64,000 nucleotides of DNA from a virus: IMG/VR virus record IMGVR_UViG_3300009502_000026, positions 1 through 64,000 of that record, one strand, 5' to 3'. Positions within the stretch are counted from its first letter, which is position 1, and each line of letters starts with the position of its first letter. Below the pieces are notes generated by a model, which searched no databases, was not told where the DNA came from, and saw only the letters and a list, made by a program, of their open reading frames with translations. Both the position numbers and the translations under genes were made by a program. Positions 9,988 to 19,980 of the stretch are shown piece after piece.

Positions 9988-10519
9988 TCCCTCGTTTCTT
10001 CTTGGTAGCCCTCAAGGTATTACTCGCTTCATCCACAGAACCACCCACCAAATGTTCCGTAGGGGCAGTTACTTCGGCCTTAACTTCACCAATAGTGGGG
10101 ATGAAGACCTCTTCAGGCTGTCCTGTGAATACCTGTCTGTCCCTAGCACTTACCCCAACACCCTTGAGTTCATGTACTTCCTTACGGAGTTCCTGAACCG
10201 TATGTGTCAAGGTATCTATCCTCCCTATCAATACCTGAAGTAATTCAGAGGAGACAGTTGTGGGTGGGACAATGACCTTCGGGATAGGTTGTACCAAGGG
10301 TGCCTGGAAAGGCACCCTTATTTCACCCGCTGGCCGAACCTCTCTGGGTTCATCCTCCGCTCTCACTCTTACCTTCCCAGTGGTCTTTGCCAGTCTAAGG
10401 TCCACAGACCGTTCTGCCAGACCGGCTTCAACCCAAATGCTATTACCCCCTGGAACCTTCCCATACCCAAGATCATTGAGGGAAGTGTCTACCAAGGCTG
10501 TGATTGCTACCCTACTCAT
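9974..10519 (-). CDS. Hypothetical protein
   Basis: 181 aa; overlaps both neighbours in an operon; short coiled coil. Confidence 0.6.
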   Translation of the reverse strand: MSRVAITALVDTSLNDLGYGKVPGGNSIWVEAGLAERSVDLRLAKTTGKVRVRAEDEPREVRPAGEIRVPFQAPLVQPIPKVIVPPTTVSSELLQVLIGRIDTLTHTVQELRKEVHELKGVGVSARDRQVFTGQPEEVFIPTIGEVKAEVTAPTEHLVGGSVDEASNTLRATKKKRGIGNG

Positions 10520-11064
10520 CGGAATATGTTGATCTTCTGGAGTGCCTTGGTAATCAACGGGAACATGAGTTTAGCACACTCCACGGCTGCTCTCTTGTAC
10601 CCTCTATTAATGAATGTGTGTTCCAGGATCAGAGGATGCACCCACACCGAATGGGTATAAGGTGCGACCTTCATAATCATTGTGCCATTGCTCTTACGGA
10701 TAGGAATTTGATCCGAGATGTCCACCACATCCCTGGTTACATGAAGGATTCTATCATAGACCTTCTGTTCGGCTTCAGTCTTCCCTCGCTTGGGTCTCTT
10801 GGGCTTCGTCCCAGCTATGATCCTATCCCAATCACAGTAAATGACAATCTCATTGTTGGCAATCTCATACTTAAAGGACTCATAGAACTCAGGGCCACCC
10901 CCGGAGAACCCCTGCTTTGCAGCATCAATCTTGGCTTCCTTTACGATGGAAGCTACAATGACTTCCCCCATCTTTTGAAGGATCGTTAGGGGTATCACCA
11001 TCGTGATGACCCCACCCTTTATAGATGAGAGAGGGGTACTAGACCCCTTCTTCTCTATTGTCAT
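10516..11064 (-). CDS. Hypothetical virion morphogenesis protein
   Basis: 182 aa; WVHP..HTFINRG C-terminal motif reminiscent of neck/HK97-gp10-like proteins; context. Confidence 0.4.
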   Translation of the reverse strand: MTIEKKGSSTPLSSIKGGVITMVIPLTILQKMGEVIVASIVKEAKIDAAKQGFSGGGPEFYESFKYEIANNEIVIYCDWDRIIAGTKPKRPKRGKTEAEQKVYDRILHVTRDVVDISDQIPIRKSNGTMIMKVAPYTHSVWVHPLILEHTFINRGYKRAAVECAKLMFPLITKALQKINIFR

Positions 11065-11169
11065 GGTTCAGCCTAATCGAAAGAATGAGTCAAATCCCAG
11101 CCTTGCCCTCTATGCCCATGGGAACCAAACCTGACTCTTGCTCTTGTAAGCTCCAAATCATGCTCCGAA

Positions 11170-12546
11170 TCATCCATTTACGATGTTCTCCCAAGCCGGG
11201 GTACGTCCTCTTTCTTCAGTGCTAGGATTGTCCCCAGCATCATCTGTCCCCATTGGGAGGGCATTGTCAGGAGTGACAGGGAAGGCAGGATCGGTACGGA
11301 CATCCCTTGGGAGTCTCCAGGGGTAGTATGTGTACCTTGTCCCCGGCCAAGTGATGTTCTCATACCCATCAATGGGAACCAAGTAACGAATGTCATTAGC
11401 TTCTATGTAAGCAATGTTGAAGTGCTGTTGAAGGATGTTTCCACGAGCAGATGGACGCCTGACAGGACCAATTGAGTATCGGTCATTGTTCTGCTTCACC
11501 ATGAAGTCTCTTTGAGACATCACCGGACTGGGGCCCATGAAAACTTCGTAGGTGTGTTCCTTCCTACGCCCGTACTCTGACTGAGAGACACGTCTCTCAG
11601 AGTCATCTGGGGCTACAATCACATCATAGGGACCTTCATAGCCCCCAACCCAACCTGTACCAAAGCAGGAACGGCACCTATTGGAAGGTTGCTTGTTAAA
11701 CTCCAGGGACTTGGGATCGGTCTGATCACACTGGCAAGGAACACCAGCAACCTTCATCACGAAGAGCCGAACACGCTCCCCACCCTGTTCCAAGATCCAT
11801 TGATTCCGTCTGATAGCTTCCTTCCAGATGTAATCCAGGTTCTCAATGTCCATGCTCCCTACAGGATAGGTCTGGTCAAGGGGAGTCTCCCGAAGACCCC
11901 CAGGAACCGTAGGATCTACCGCTACAGTCGTGATTCGGTAGTAGACCTTCTTGTCTATTTCTGGGGCTACCAAATTCCTAAGAGTGTAGTAGGTGATTAG
12001 GACTATTGAATTCTCAGTTGGGAGGGTTGGTCCAACATTCCTCTGTGTACCGGGGTCTATGTCAGGGACATCTACAAGGGTTACTTCCCCGTTAGGGCCG
12101 AAGACAGATGACACCCTTACAGGAATACCGTCAATAGTGACATAGACATCTTCAGGTGAGTTCCCTGAAATTCCCTGAGTACCCCTCTTGTGGATTGGGT
12201 GTGCTGTTTTGAAGGTCCAGCGTCGGTCGTTAGAGGCATCCCCACGGGACTGCCATCCTGTATCCCACGGAATCATCTCTCTGGAAACCAAGGCTACGTC
12301 TGTGAAGTCTCGGAAAAGTGTACCCCCTACAGGAAAAGCATTGAGCCTCTTGTATGGTCCACGATCCGAGCCATCGGATCGGTAGATGTTCACCCCCCGA
12401 ATCACCCAGGAGACGTTAGCATTGAGAATTGTAGGGTCATCCCACCGTACATCCAGCACTCCCGAAAGGAAGGCACTGGTTACTGTCCCGTTCGTGGGAC
12501 ACTGTGGGTAATTGACACCTGGAGGGGGGTCCCAACCAGCCGACAT
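11170..12546 (-). CDS. Putative neck/head-closure protein with FN3-like segments and zinc knuckle
   Basis: VRWDDP..GVNIYRS and YYRITTVA (FN3-like); CQC...CRSCFGTGWVGGY zinc motif; RDFMV..DRYSIGPV; SD AGGAGG. Confidence 0.55.
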   Translation of the reverse strand: MSAGWDPPPGVNYPQCPTNGTVTSAFLSGVLDVRWDDPTILNANVSWVIRGVNIYRSDGSDRGPYKRLNAFPVGGTLFRDFTDVALVSREMIPWDTGWQSRGDASNDRRWTFKTAHPIHKRGTQGISGNSPEDVYVTIDGIPVRVSSVFGPNGEVTLVDVPDIDPGTQRNVGPTLPTENSIVLITYYTLRNLVAPEIDKKVYYRITTVAVDPTVPGGLRETPLDQTYPVGSMDIENLDYIWKEAIRRNQWILEQGGERVRLFVMKVAGVPCQCDQTDPKSLEFNKQPSNRCRSCFGTGWVGGYEGPYDVIVAPDDSERRVSQSEYGRRKEHTYEVFMGPSPVMSQRDFMVKQNNDRYSIGPVRRPSARGNILQQHFNIAYIEANDIRYLVPIDGYENITWPGTRYTYYPWRLPRDVRTDPAFPVTPDNALPMGTDDAGDNPSTEERGRTPAWENIVNG

Positions 12547-12589
12547 GAGAGATTCCTCCTAGTGGAGGTTTCTCATAGTCGAATCAACA

Positions 12590-12898
12590 CTAGGGGGTTA
12601 CGGGGTCGGGCTGAGTAGGAGCAGGAACCGGGGCAGGCTGATCCATCTGGACGATATCACCTTCCTTGGTGATCTGCCAGGGAGTCCCCTCGACAATCCC
12701 TACCCTCTTGGCGGCACCGGACATGACATCATGTGCCTTGGTCTCGATCTGGTCCAGATTGCCCAGGAGACGGGCCTTGCGAGCCTCGCCCTGTCCAATC
12801 TCCAGGAGAACCGTCTGTGCCGTCTGACGGAGACGATTCAGTTCGTCCATCTCCGTCTGTTCCATCTTGCCCATGTTCTTGAAGCCTTCACTCATCAC
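12590..12898 (-). CDS. Small coiled-coil hypothetical protein
   Basis: 102 aa; overlaps the upstream stop codon. Confidence 0.6.
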   Translation of the reverse strand: MMSEGFKNMGKMEQTEMDELNRLRQTAQTVLLEIGQGEARKARLLGNLDQIETKAHDVMSGAAKRVGIVEGTPWQITKEGDIVQMDQPAPVPAPTQPDPVTP

Positions 12899-13251
12899 TG
12901 AACTCCGTTCGGCAGAATCGGGTTGGTAGCCACCAATGGTCTTACACTACCCGAACGCCTAGGAGGGTTAGAAAGATTTGTGAAGGGGCCAGAAGAACGA
13001 ACAGCATACTGAAACTGTTTGGTCTCATCCCTGAGAACCACCATGTCAGCTTGAAGATGAGCCACACTGGAACGCAAATCCCCGATAGCGTTGATCCTCG
13101 TATCGGGGGGTATGGGCCTGATTGTCGGGACTGTAGGTGTACTTCTCACTTGGGATGTCCCAGTAGCAGTACGAACACCCAGATACACCGGAACCGTAGA
13201 AAGGGCCAAGGTGAGCGTTGCCACCATGACCTTAGTGCCTGTTGAGCCCAT
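12895..13251 (-). CDS. Membrane-anchored coiled-coil protein
   Basis: N-terminal hydrophobic helix VMVATLTLALSTVPVYLGV followed by a coiled coil. Confidence 0.5.
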   Translation of the reverse strand: MGSTGTKVMVATLTLALSTVPVYLGVRTATGTSQVRSTPTVPTIRPIPPDTRINAIGDLRSSVAHLQADMVVLRDETKQFQYAVRSSGPFTNLSNPPRRSGSVRPLVATNPILPNGVQ

Positions 13252-13585
13252 TTCGGATCTCCTGTAGAATGTCTCTTATGAAGGTTACCGAAACTCGAAG
13301 CTCACGCATTGAAGCCGAAGTCTCCTGTACCGCATCAACTAGTTCATTGTGTTGACGTGTCAATTGGTCAATACGTGACTCTGCCTGATGAACTCGGTCC
13401 TTAAGTGAGTTCACTTCATTCTGAGCTACAGCGTTGGTAACCTGAAGATGTACACCCCAGAGAACCAACGGAATTACAAGTACTGAGAGAATCTTGAAAG
13501 CCCAATCAGCCCATTTCTGGGCCTCCACGGTTCCACTAGTCTCTCTACCCGCCCCCCCTGCACCCAACCTTTGCTGCTCTGTCAT
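13232..13585 (-). CDS. Single-TM coiled-coil protein (holin-like candidate)
   Basis: TM WAFKILSVLVIPLVLWGV followed by a heptad-rich coiled coil. Confidence 0.45.
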   Translation of the reverse strand: MTEQQRLGAGGAGRETSGTVEAQKWADWAFKILSVLVIPLVLWGVHLQVTNAVAQNEVNSLKDRVHQAESRIDQLTRQHNELVDAVQETSASMRELRVSVTFIRDILQEIRNGLNRH

Positions 13586-13631
13586 TCCTAAGACCTTTGT
13601 GGAAGGTTGTAACCCCCACCACTTAGTTTCT

Positions 13632-13646
13632 ATAGGAACAGGAACG
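13632..13646 (-). promoter_or_regulatory. Putative late promoter CGTT-N7-CTAT
   Basis: CGTTCCTGTTCCTAT upstream of the operon starting at 13585. Confidence 0.55.
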
Positions 13647-13744
13647 AAGGAAGACGCAGCCTCTTACCTCTAAGAGATTATAGAATCAGGATTGAATGGA
13701 ATTTAGGACTGCTAAGAGGATCAGGAAAGTGGGGCGAAGATTCC

Positions 13745-13771
13745 GCATGACCTGAAACACACAGGTCATGC
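13745..13771 (-). terminator. 10-bp hairpin after the vWA gene
   Basis: GCATGACCTG-7nt-CAGGTCATGC, 17 nt downstream of the stop. Confidence 0.55.
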
Positions 13772-13788
13772 AGAGCCTTTGAGGGTCT

Positions 13789-16257
13789 CTAGCTGTACTT
13801 GACAGTGAAGTATTCGCCCTTGATGAATACCGTCAAGAGGATATCACCGGGGAGGACGTAGAACACCCCATCCTCCTTTTCGGCCTTGGCGAGCTTGATA
13901 CCGGGATACTTGGCTTCGATCTGGTCTGCCGTGAGTGCCTTGCTGGCACCCAGAGATTCAGGGATGAGCCCAGTTGCACCGATATAGAACACCAGGGGAC
14001 TGACTTCGACCTTGAAGAGTCGGTCGATCATGTCATCCACCTTGCGGAGGGTGGTGGTCAGAGTCTCCACAGCCTTGTCCTTGTTGGTGGGAGACTGGAA
14101 GGAACTCAGGGTGTCCTGAATCTCTCCCTTGGTCAGACCCGCAAGAGCCAACTGTGCCTGAGCCATCCCGTTGCTCTCCAGCCCCAGGAACTCTGCATAG
14201 ATGGGGTAGCACAGGGCATCCACATCATCCAGAGTGGTCTTGCCAGAGAGCTTCTTGACACCCCAGGGCTCATGGTTCGCAAGAGCCAAGTCCAGAGTGG
14301 GCTTGTCCACTTCCTTCCCACCCACCTTCACTGTGAACCGACGCTGAAGGAAGGCATTCCCGGAGAGGAGCTTGCCCAGGTTGGTGATCTTGGGAGTCCC
14401 AAGCTCGATCTTGTAGGAGAGCCGGGTGTCCACATCACCCTTGGCGATGGCATCATCCAGGTTGGGGTGGATGGAAGTCGTCGGCGGGGAGAAGTACAGG
14501 CTCGACGTGAGAAGGTACGTCTTGAGCTCTGCCACCTGTTCCGGGGTGTACTTGGTGCTCTCCGACTTGAGGACAGCACTCAGGAGCTTGGACACCACCT
14601 GAAGGCCCAGGAGGTTGGGGAACACCGTGGGCTTGATCCCGTAGTCCTGATCGTACTCCACCAAGGGGCACTTGCCGAACGGGAGAACGTAGGTGGTATC
14701 CGGGTTGAAGTCCCCAGTCACCATGCCCATGTCCTTCAGGGCCTTGAAGCACCGCTTGTCCGTGGTACGGATGGGGAACTCTGGGGAATTGCACACCCCG
14801 TCCCCAACCAACGTATAGTTATTGAAAGAGGACAAATCCAGGGTGATCCCGGCAACCTTGGGAATCACGTTCCCCGTCGCCTTCTCGATGAGGTCAACCG
14901 GCTGGAACAGGAGCACGTTGATGGTAGCCGTGTTCCTGTTGAACTCGAAACTTCCGACCTTCACGAACCCAGTGGAAGCCTTCGGCTTGGTCTCATAGGC
15001 AGGCTCCGTCAAGGAGCCGTCCGGGTTGCGAACACCGGACACCTTCTTGAGTCCCCGACGCTTGTACCCTGCCGTGAAGGGCTTCATGTCCACCGTGAGG
15101 GAGCTCCGGTACTCATCCAGGACTGCCAGGACTGCCAGGAGACTCGGGCCCGTGGTGGGGAGCCCCAGGGATGCCGTCTTGGTGAATGCCTTGGGGGTGA
15201 AGATGGCCGTCTCCACATCCGAAGCCATTGCAGCAATCTCGGTGCTCACCAGTGCCCGTGCGTGCTGAACCAGGAGCTCCGTGTGACGGCTGCTCACCAG
15301 GGCATACTTGGCATCGTTGAGCCTGCCCTCGGAAATCAGGGCTCGGCAGTAGGCCAGGACAGGGGTGATCGGAGCCGTATCCCCACAGACCGGAAGCATG
15401 GACTTGTTGTACTCTGCCTCACTCAGGGGGAAGAGCCGGTATGCCGTCTTGTCATCGGCAGGAGCCAACCCCTGGACCGTGAGGGCACCTTCCGCACCCA
15501 GCACCTTCTTGGCCGACGTGCTCACGAAGAGGGCATAGCCTCCACCCTTCGGCATCGGAATCTCCACCACCGGAGCCATTGCACCGGCTACCAGCTTGGT
15601 GGTGTCATACAGGGCCGTGTAGACCTGCTTGATGTCCCGTGCCTGGATACACGTCCCGGAGCACTGGTTGGAGATGTTGCTCAGGAGCCCGAAGTCACAC
15701 CAATCCCGGTAGGCAATGGTGTTCACGAAGCAACAGGGGTGCTTCTTGATCTGGTCCACCGCTGCCTGGATGGCCCGGAACTCACTGGAGGGGCTCCGGT
15801 CATTGGCGAAACCATCGGTGTGCAGGGAGATGGAAGTGGTCTCGCTGTCCTGAACGAGCTTCTCCGCTTCCACCAGGGACTGAGAGATACAGGTCATGCA
15901 GGTTGCCCTGATGGACCGGATCTCCTTGATGAAGGGGCTGTTCGCAGCCATCACGTCCGAGATGAGCTCCCGCTTGAAGTGGACCTTCACATCCCCCATG
16001 CTGGAGTAGGAGAGGAGAGACACCCGGAGCGACGGGGAGTTGAACTCACTGAGAGTGAGAACCTTCTCCACCATCGTCTTCAGGGGGTCCATGTCTCCGT
16101 ACATGGACCCCGACCTGTCAACGATGATGATGTGATGGCTGGGCTTCGGAACTGCCTTCTTGGAGGGGTCTGCCGAGAGATTCTCGGCCTCCACCTGGAA
16201 GTAGGACCGGGGCTTGCCTGCGAACGAACACAATGCGAACTTGCTGGACGTAGACAT
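13789..16257 (-). CDS. von Willebrand factor A domain protein (822 aa)
   Basis: MIDAS motif IIVDRSGSM, T of ATCMT, LHTDG; visibly higher GC than its neighbours. Confidence 0.85.
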   Translation of the reverse strand: MSTSSKFALCSFAGKPRSYFQVEAENLSADPSKKAVPKPSHHIIIVDRSGSMYGDMDPLKTMVEKVLTLSEFNSPSLRVSLLSYSSMGDVKVHFKRELISDVMAANSPFIKEIRSIRATCMTCISQSLVEAEKLVQDSETTSISLHTDGFANDRSPSSEFRAIQAAVDQIKKHPCCFVNTIAYRDWCDFGLLSNISNQCSGTCIQARDIKQVYTALYDTTKLVAGAMAPVVEIPMPKGGGYALFVSTSAKKVLGAEGALTVQGLAPADDKTAYRLFPLSEAEYNKSMLPVCGDTAPITPVLAYCRALISEGRLNDAKYALVSSRHTELLVQHARALVSTEIAAMASDVETAIFTPKAFTKTASLGLPTTGPSLLAVLAVLDEYRSSLTVDMKPFTAGYKRRGLKKVSGVRNPDGSLTEPAYETKPKASTGFVKVGSFEFNRNTATINVLLFQPVDLIEKATGNVIPKVAGITLDLSSFNNYTLVGDGVCNSPEFPIRTTDKRCFKALKDMGMVTGDFNPDTTYVLPFGKCPLVEYDQDYGIKPTVFPNLLGLQVVSKLLSAVLKSESTKYTPEQVAELKTYLLTSSLYFSPPTTSIHPNLDDAIAKGDVDTRLSYKIELGTPKITNLGKLLSGNAFLQRRFTVKVGGKEVDKPTLDLALANHEPWGVKKLSGKTTLDDVDALCYPIYAEFLGLESNGMAQAQLALAGLTKGEIQDTLSSFQSPTNKDKAVETLTTTLRKVDDMIDRLFKVEVSPLVFYIGATGLIPESLGASKALTADQIEAKYPGIKLAKAEKEDGVFYVLPGDILLTVFIKGEYFTVKYS

Positions 16258-16303
16258 ATCTGGGTCATCCTTGGGGCAGGGCTGTTTATGCGTGCCTCAC
16301 GAA

Positions 16304-16332
16304 TACTTACCCCCTCGGGAAGGAAACTTAAC
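16304..16332 (-). promoter_or_regulatory. Putative early/middle promoter GTTAAGTTT-N13-GTAAGTA
   Basis: Same boxes and spacing at 30376-30404 and 60497-60525. Confidence 0.7.
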
Positions 16333-16399
16333 CTAAATTGTGATCGAGAAGTTCAGAATCAGTGAGGGACTACATTGTAGCAGAGTTACACACCCTGTA

Positions 16400-17854
16400 C
16401 TACCACCCCGTAGGAGTAACCTTGTAGTGCTTGAACTTCAACTGAAGGATGTTCAGTTGCTTCGGGGTGAACGATTGCCGTGCCTTGACCCTATCAGCAA
16501 GAGACTTCACGAAAGTCTTAGTCCATTCATCTCTAGCTGCTCTAGCTGCCGTCCAGAGTTCCCGTAGAGAGCCCAGCCTGGGATCTTCTCCTGGAGTTGC
16601 AGGTACCGGAGGCTCGGGCTTGTGCTCTGGCTTAAAATCAGGCTTCGGCTCTGGCGATGGAGGTACAGGCTTGGGTACAGGCTTGGGTTCAGGCTTCGGA
16701 GGCTCTGGTTTCACAGGCTCCGGTTCCTTTACCGTAACGATAGACTGTTCTTCCTGTTCACCTTCAGGAAGCTTCTGGACTATGATCCTCTTGAAAGCTT
16801 CCTCATGCTCTGGGGTCAGATGACTTGTCAGATACCTGGAGAAAGACTCTGCAAAGTGTTCCTCTTGGTCCGTTGCTGAATAGGGTGTGGGGAACTTTGC
16901 AAAAGTCTGCCTCTTACGCAAAATCTTCTGAAGTTCTGTTACCTTAATGAGCCCCCCACCATCAATCTCGACATATACACCTTTGTAAGAAAGAATACGA
17001 GGTTTATTAGTGTAGCCTTTGACATTGATTGGAAACTCTTCACCTACTGCCGGAAGCTTTGGTGACTCTCCACCCTTATACTTGACATCCATGTGGTGTT
17101 TTCCCCACATGGATTTCGTGGCACCATCCATGAACTTCCGCCACCAGCGATGAGCTAATTCATGGAGGAGAGTCTCAACATCATCCACTCTCACACTGGG
17201 ATGTGGACGAAGGTAAACATCATCCTTTGCAACATTGTACCAAGCTAGTGTACTTGCCTTGCTAATCTGCCCTACAATGAAGACATCACCATAGAGAACC
17301 TTGAGAAAGGCAGGCACTTTTCGTAGAAACACCTGGGCTCGCTCCACCACTTCCTTGGTTGAAGCAAGCTCCTTCCCCTGAAGGTGCAAGGTGTTGTGGA
17401 CCTTGAGTTTCCCTATGGTGAAGAGTTCTTCTCTGCCACTGACTACACCCTCAGTCCTCTGGGGCCAATCCGCAGCTTCTACCAGGAGCCGAAGATTGTC
17501 CTCATTCCGCTGATACCAAGTCCAGATATTCCGAGCTACACCAGCTACAGACACAAACATCCGTGCGGCTGTTTCAAGCTTCCTAACCTTGGTAGGTGGG
17601 ATTGACCGTGTGCCTAGAACCCAGTTGGTGTATTCCTTTCCCTTGTTGACAAGGCTCACCCACGGGTTCCGCAAATCATATTTCACGGTCCAATCACTAG
17701 GTTTCCCACCGGAGGCGCTCTGGATAGCACGATACTTCACTAGAAAGTTTTGGTAGGCTTCCATGAAGCTACCTCTGATCCTAGTAGTATCTGCCTCGGT
17801 GTACTCAGCACCGAACAGGAACCTGGAAGCTACCTTATGAGGGGATAGGTGCAT
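16400..17854 (-). CDS. Zincin-like metallopeptidase (HExxH) with Pro-rich linker and conserved C-terminal helical domain
   Basis: LLHELAHRW plus downstream YSATDQEEHFAESF; PEPK-rich linker; C-terminal ~60 aa shared with the 20023 ORF; N-terminal KVASRFL motif. Confidence 0.75.
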   Translation of the reverse strand: MHLSPHKVASRFLFGAEYTEADTTRIRGSFMEAYQNFLVKYRAIQSASGGKPSDWTVKYDLRNPWVSLVNKGKEYTNWVLGTRSIPPTKVRKLETAARMFVSVAGVARNIWTWYQRNEDNLRLLVEAADWPQRTEGVVSGREELFTIGKLKVHNTLHLQGKELASTKEVVERAQVFLRKVPAFLKVLYGDVFIVGQISKASTLAWYNVAKDDVYLRPHPSVRVDDVETLLHELAHRWWRKFMDGATKSMWGKHHMDVKYKGGESPKLPAVGEEFPINVKGYTNKPRILSYKGVYVEIDGGGLIKVTELQKILRKRQTFAKFPTPYSATDQEEHFAESFSRYLTSHLTPEHEEAFKRIIVQKLPEGEQEEQSIVTVKEPEPVKPEPPKPEPKPVPKPVPPSPEPKPDFKPEHKPEPPVPATPGEDPRLGSLRELWTAARAARDEWTKTFVKSLADRVKARQSFTPKQLNILQLKFKHYKVTPTGW

Positions 17855-17869
17855 TGGAGGGGTGCATCC

Positions 17870-18673
17870 TTACAGATTCACGTCTTCCATGTCCCTCACG
17901 AAGTCTGCCCAGTCAGCCTTCCAACCACTTGGACGACCACCCTGACGACCCAGATAGAGAACCGTGCCCTTGGTAGGATTGAAGGTTGTTGGGTGCCCTA
18001 CTCTCTGAACGGCATACATCCCAAAGACAAGATTACCTTCCTTGGTCATTCTCATCTGGGGGACAAGTCCGCTGAAATAGACACTGTAACGGCTCTCCCC
18101 CTGGGCGGAACCAGCCTCAACATAGTCATCTATGATTTCCATGTGAGTCTTAGTCGGAAGCTTGCCATTCTTGTCCTTCAGATACACACACTCCATGTGT
18201 ACCTTGCCCTCAGTGCCCTTCTCCACACCGGAGCCAATCGGGGTGAACCTACCAAGGCCAGTTTCCTTACCGGGCTGGACACCATAGAAGAAAATCTTCT
18301 TATGGTCCTGGTCCATTTCAATAGTGTAACCCTTGTGGTCCTTGTCTACCACACGCCCCGTCTGACGGTGATACTCACGGCAGGTTTCCTCATTCTGTTC
18401 ATTAGTGTTGACATTCACGTCAACACTAACAAGTTCACCTACGGACAAGGGGCCCCGACGAGCTTCTACTGAACCCAACAGAGGTACACCCTGCTTTTCC
18501 AAAATCTCCTGAACCTCATCCGGGGTGTACTTCTTAGCCCTGAGCATCACCCATGCTACGAAGTCCTCAGAGGTAGGGGAGAAAGCCGTCTTCCCTAGAA
18601 CCGGAAGAAGCTCATTCCGAAACTCAGGGTGTTCGTGGGCTAGCTTGATGACCTTGGACCGGAGAGTTTCCAT
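17870..18673 (-). CDS. Leader-tagged hypothetical protein
   Basis: Starts METLRSKVIKLAHEHPEFRNELLPVLGKTA. Confidence 0.8.
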   Translation of the reverse strand: METLRSKVIKLAHEHPEFRNELLPVLGKTAFSPTSEDFVAWVMLRAKKYTPDEVQEILEKQGVPLLGSVEARRGPLSVGELVSVDVNVNTNEQNEETCREYHRQTGRVVDKDHKGYTIEMDQDHKKIFFYGVQPGKETGLGRFTPIGSGVEKGTEGKVHMECVYLKDKNGKLPTKTHMEIIDDYVEAGSAQGESRYSVYFSGLVPQMRMTKEGNLVFGMYAVQRVGHPTTFNPTKGTVLYLGRQGGRPSGWKADWADFVRDMEDVNL

Positions 18674-18717
18674 TGCGGGATTCCTTTGTCTCTTGTAACT
18701 AATCAGAGGAGTAGTGG

Positions 18718-19161
18718 CTACTCTTCATCTTCCAGGATAGCACCAAGCATCTTCACGAAGTCAGCCGGGGGCAGACCCTTCATGCGTTCCTTGGTCTCAG
18801 GCTTGGCATTCTGAAGGAACTTCCGCATGAGTTCTGCATCCGAGAGCTTCACACCACTCTTCGGCTTGTCCTTCTTGAACTTCTTGACCTCATCTGCATC
18901 ATCATCCTTGAGCTTGTGCTCATCCATCACGGACTTCACATTCTCATGGTACTTGCCAGCGTAGGTCTTGTTCTTCCAGGAGCTACCCTCGGGGAGAGCA
19001 CCCTCACTACCAATGTCCTCACACTTCCGGGTTCCATCATCCCAGTTAGTGCCATCTTCACACCGCTCATGGGGTGTGGATGCCAGGATGGGGAGGATGT
19101 GGGGACGAAGCTCAAGGTTGGAATGAGCTAGACGGATCAGTTTGCCACGTAGGGTTGTCAC
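18718..19161 (-). CDS. Leader-tagged charged hypothetical protein
   Basis: Starts MTTLRGKLIRLAHSNLELRPHILPILA; SD GAGGAG. Confidence 0.8.
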   Translation of the reverse strand: MTTLRGKLIRLAHSNLELRPHILPILASTPHERCEDGTNWDDGTRKCEDIGSEGALPEGSSWKNKTYAGKYHENVKSVMDEHKLKDDDADEVKKFKKDKPKSGVKLSDAELMRKFLQNAKPETKERMKGLPPADFVKMLGAILEDEE

Positions 19162-19173
19162 TGGAAATCTCCT

Positions 19174-19980
19174 CTACTTCTTAATATCCTGGGATTCATT
19201 CCTAGACTTCTTCTCATGCCAGTCAGACCACTTTTTATGCCTAGCTGCTTTTTCCTTGTGAGTCTTAGCCTCTTCGTGCTTACCCGCCTTGGTAGCAGCT
19301 TCGGCAGCTTCTTCATGAGCTTCAGTAGCTCGCCTGTGGCTACTACCCGCTATATAGTGGTCATCCCCAGTATTCTGATGCGTCTCTTCATAGTGCTTGG
19401 CAGCTTTTGAATTCTCTTCAGCACCTTCAGTTCTATCTTCAGCATAGTTCTTGGCATGGGAATAGGCATCATCTAATGCCTTCTGCTTGTGATGCTTGGC
19501 CTTTTCCTCATGGTGCTGGGCCTTCTCAGTATTTCCACGTTCCTTATGATGCTTGGCTGCATCTTCATGTTTCTTTGCAACATCATTATGGAGCTTCTCC
19601 CCCTCCCAATGTTGGTGTCCAGTGTCATCCAGTTTCTCGGAAGCCTTGTCTGCGGTAGAAGAGATGGCATCATCTTCCTGCTTCTTCTTCTTCTCAATGC
19701 CTTCATGGTGTTCCTTGGCCTTATCCTCCTTCCCCTTTTCATGCTTCTCTAGGTCACCATTCTTCTTGTCGAACATCTCTCGGATGTGCTTCTGCTCATC
19801 CTTGGGGAGAGAATCGAAATCGACCTTGTTATGTGTCTCAGGATTGGTGAACTTCTTGGTTTCGATATAGGCATCAAAACCCCCACCCATAGCCGTCTTC
19901 AGGATAGGAAGAAGATGTGGACGAAGATCGAGATTGGAATGGGCCAGACGAATCAACTTGCCACGAAGAGTGTCAGTCAT
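19174..19980 (-). CDS. Leader-tagged His/Lys/Glu-rich protein
   Basis: Starts MTDTLRGKLIRLAHSNLDLRPHLLPILKTA; NPET motif; HHE/KAK-rich helical repeats. Confidence 0.8.
   Translation of the reverse strand: MTDTLRGKLIRLAHSNLDLRPHLLPILKTAMGGGFDAYIETKKFTNPETHNKVDFDSLPKDEQKHIREMFDKKNGDLEKHEKGKEDKAKEHHEGIEKKKKQEDDAISSTADKASEKLDDTGHQHWEGEKLHNDVAKKHEDAAKHHKERGNTEKAQHHEEKAKHHKQKALDDAYSHAKNYAEDRTEGAEENSKAAKHYEETHQNTGDDHYIAGSSHRRATEAHEEAAEAATKAGKHEEAKTHKEKAARHKKWSDWHEKKSRNESQDIKK

Noticed and set aside
14272-16365. 697-aa plus-strand ORF
   Set aside because: Antisense shadow of the GC-rich vWA gene; no recognisable motifs.
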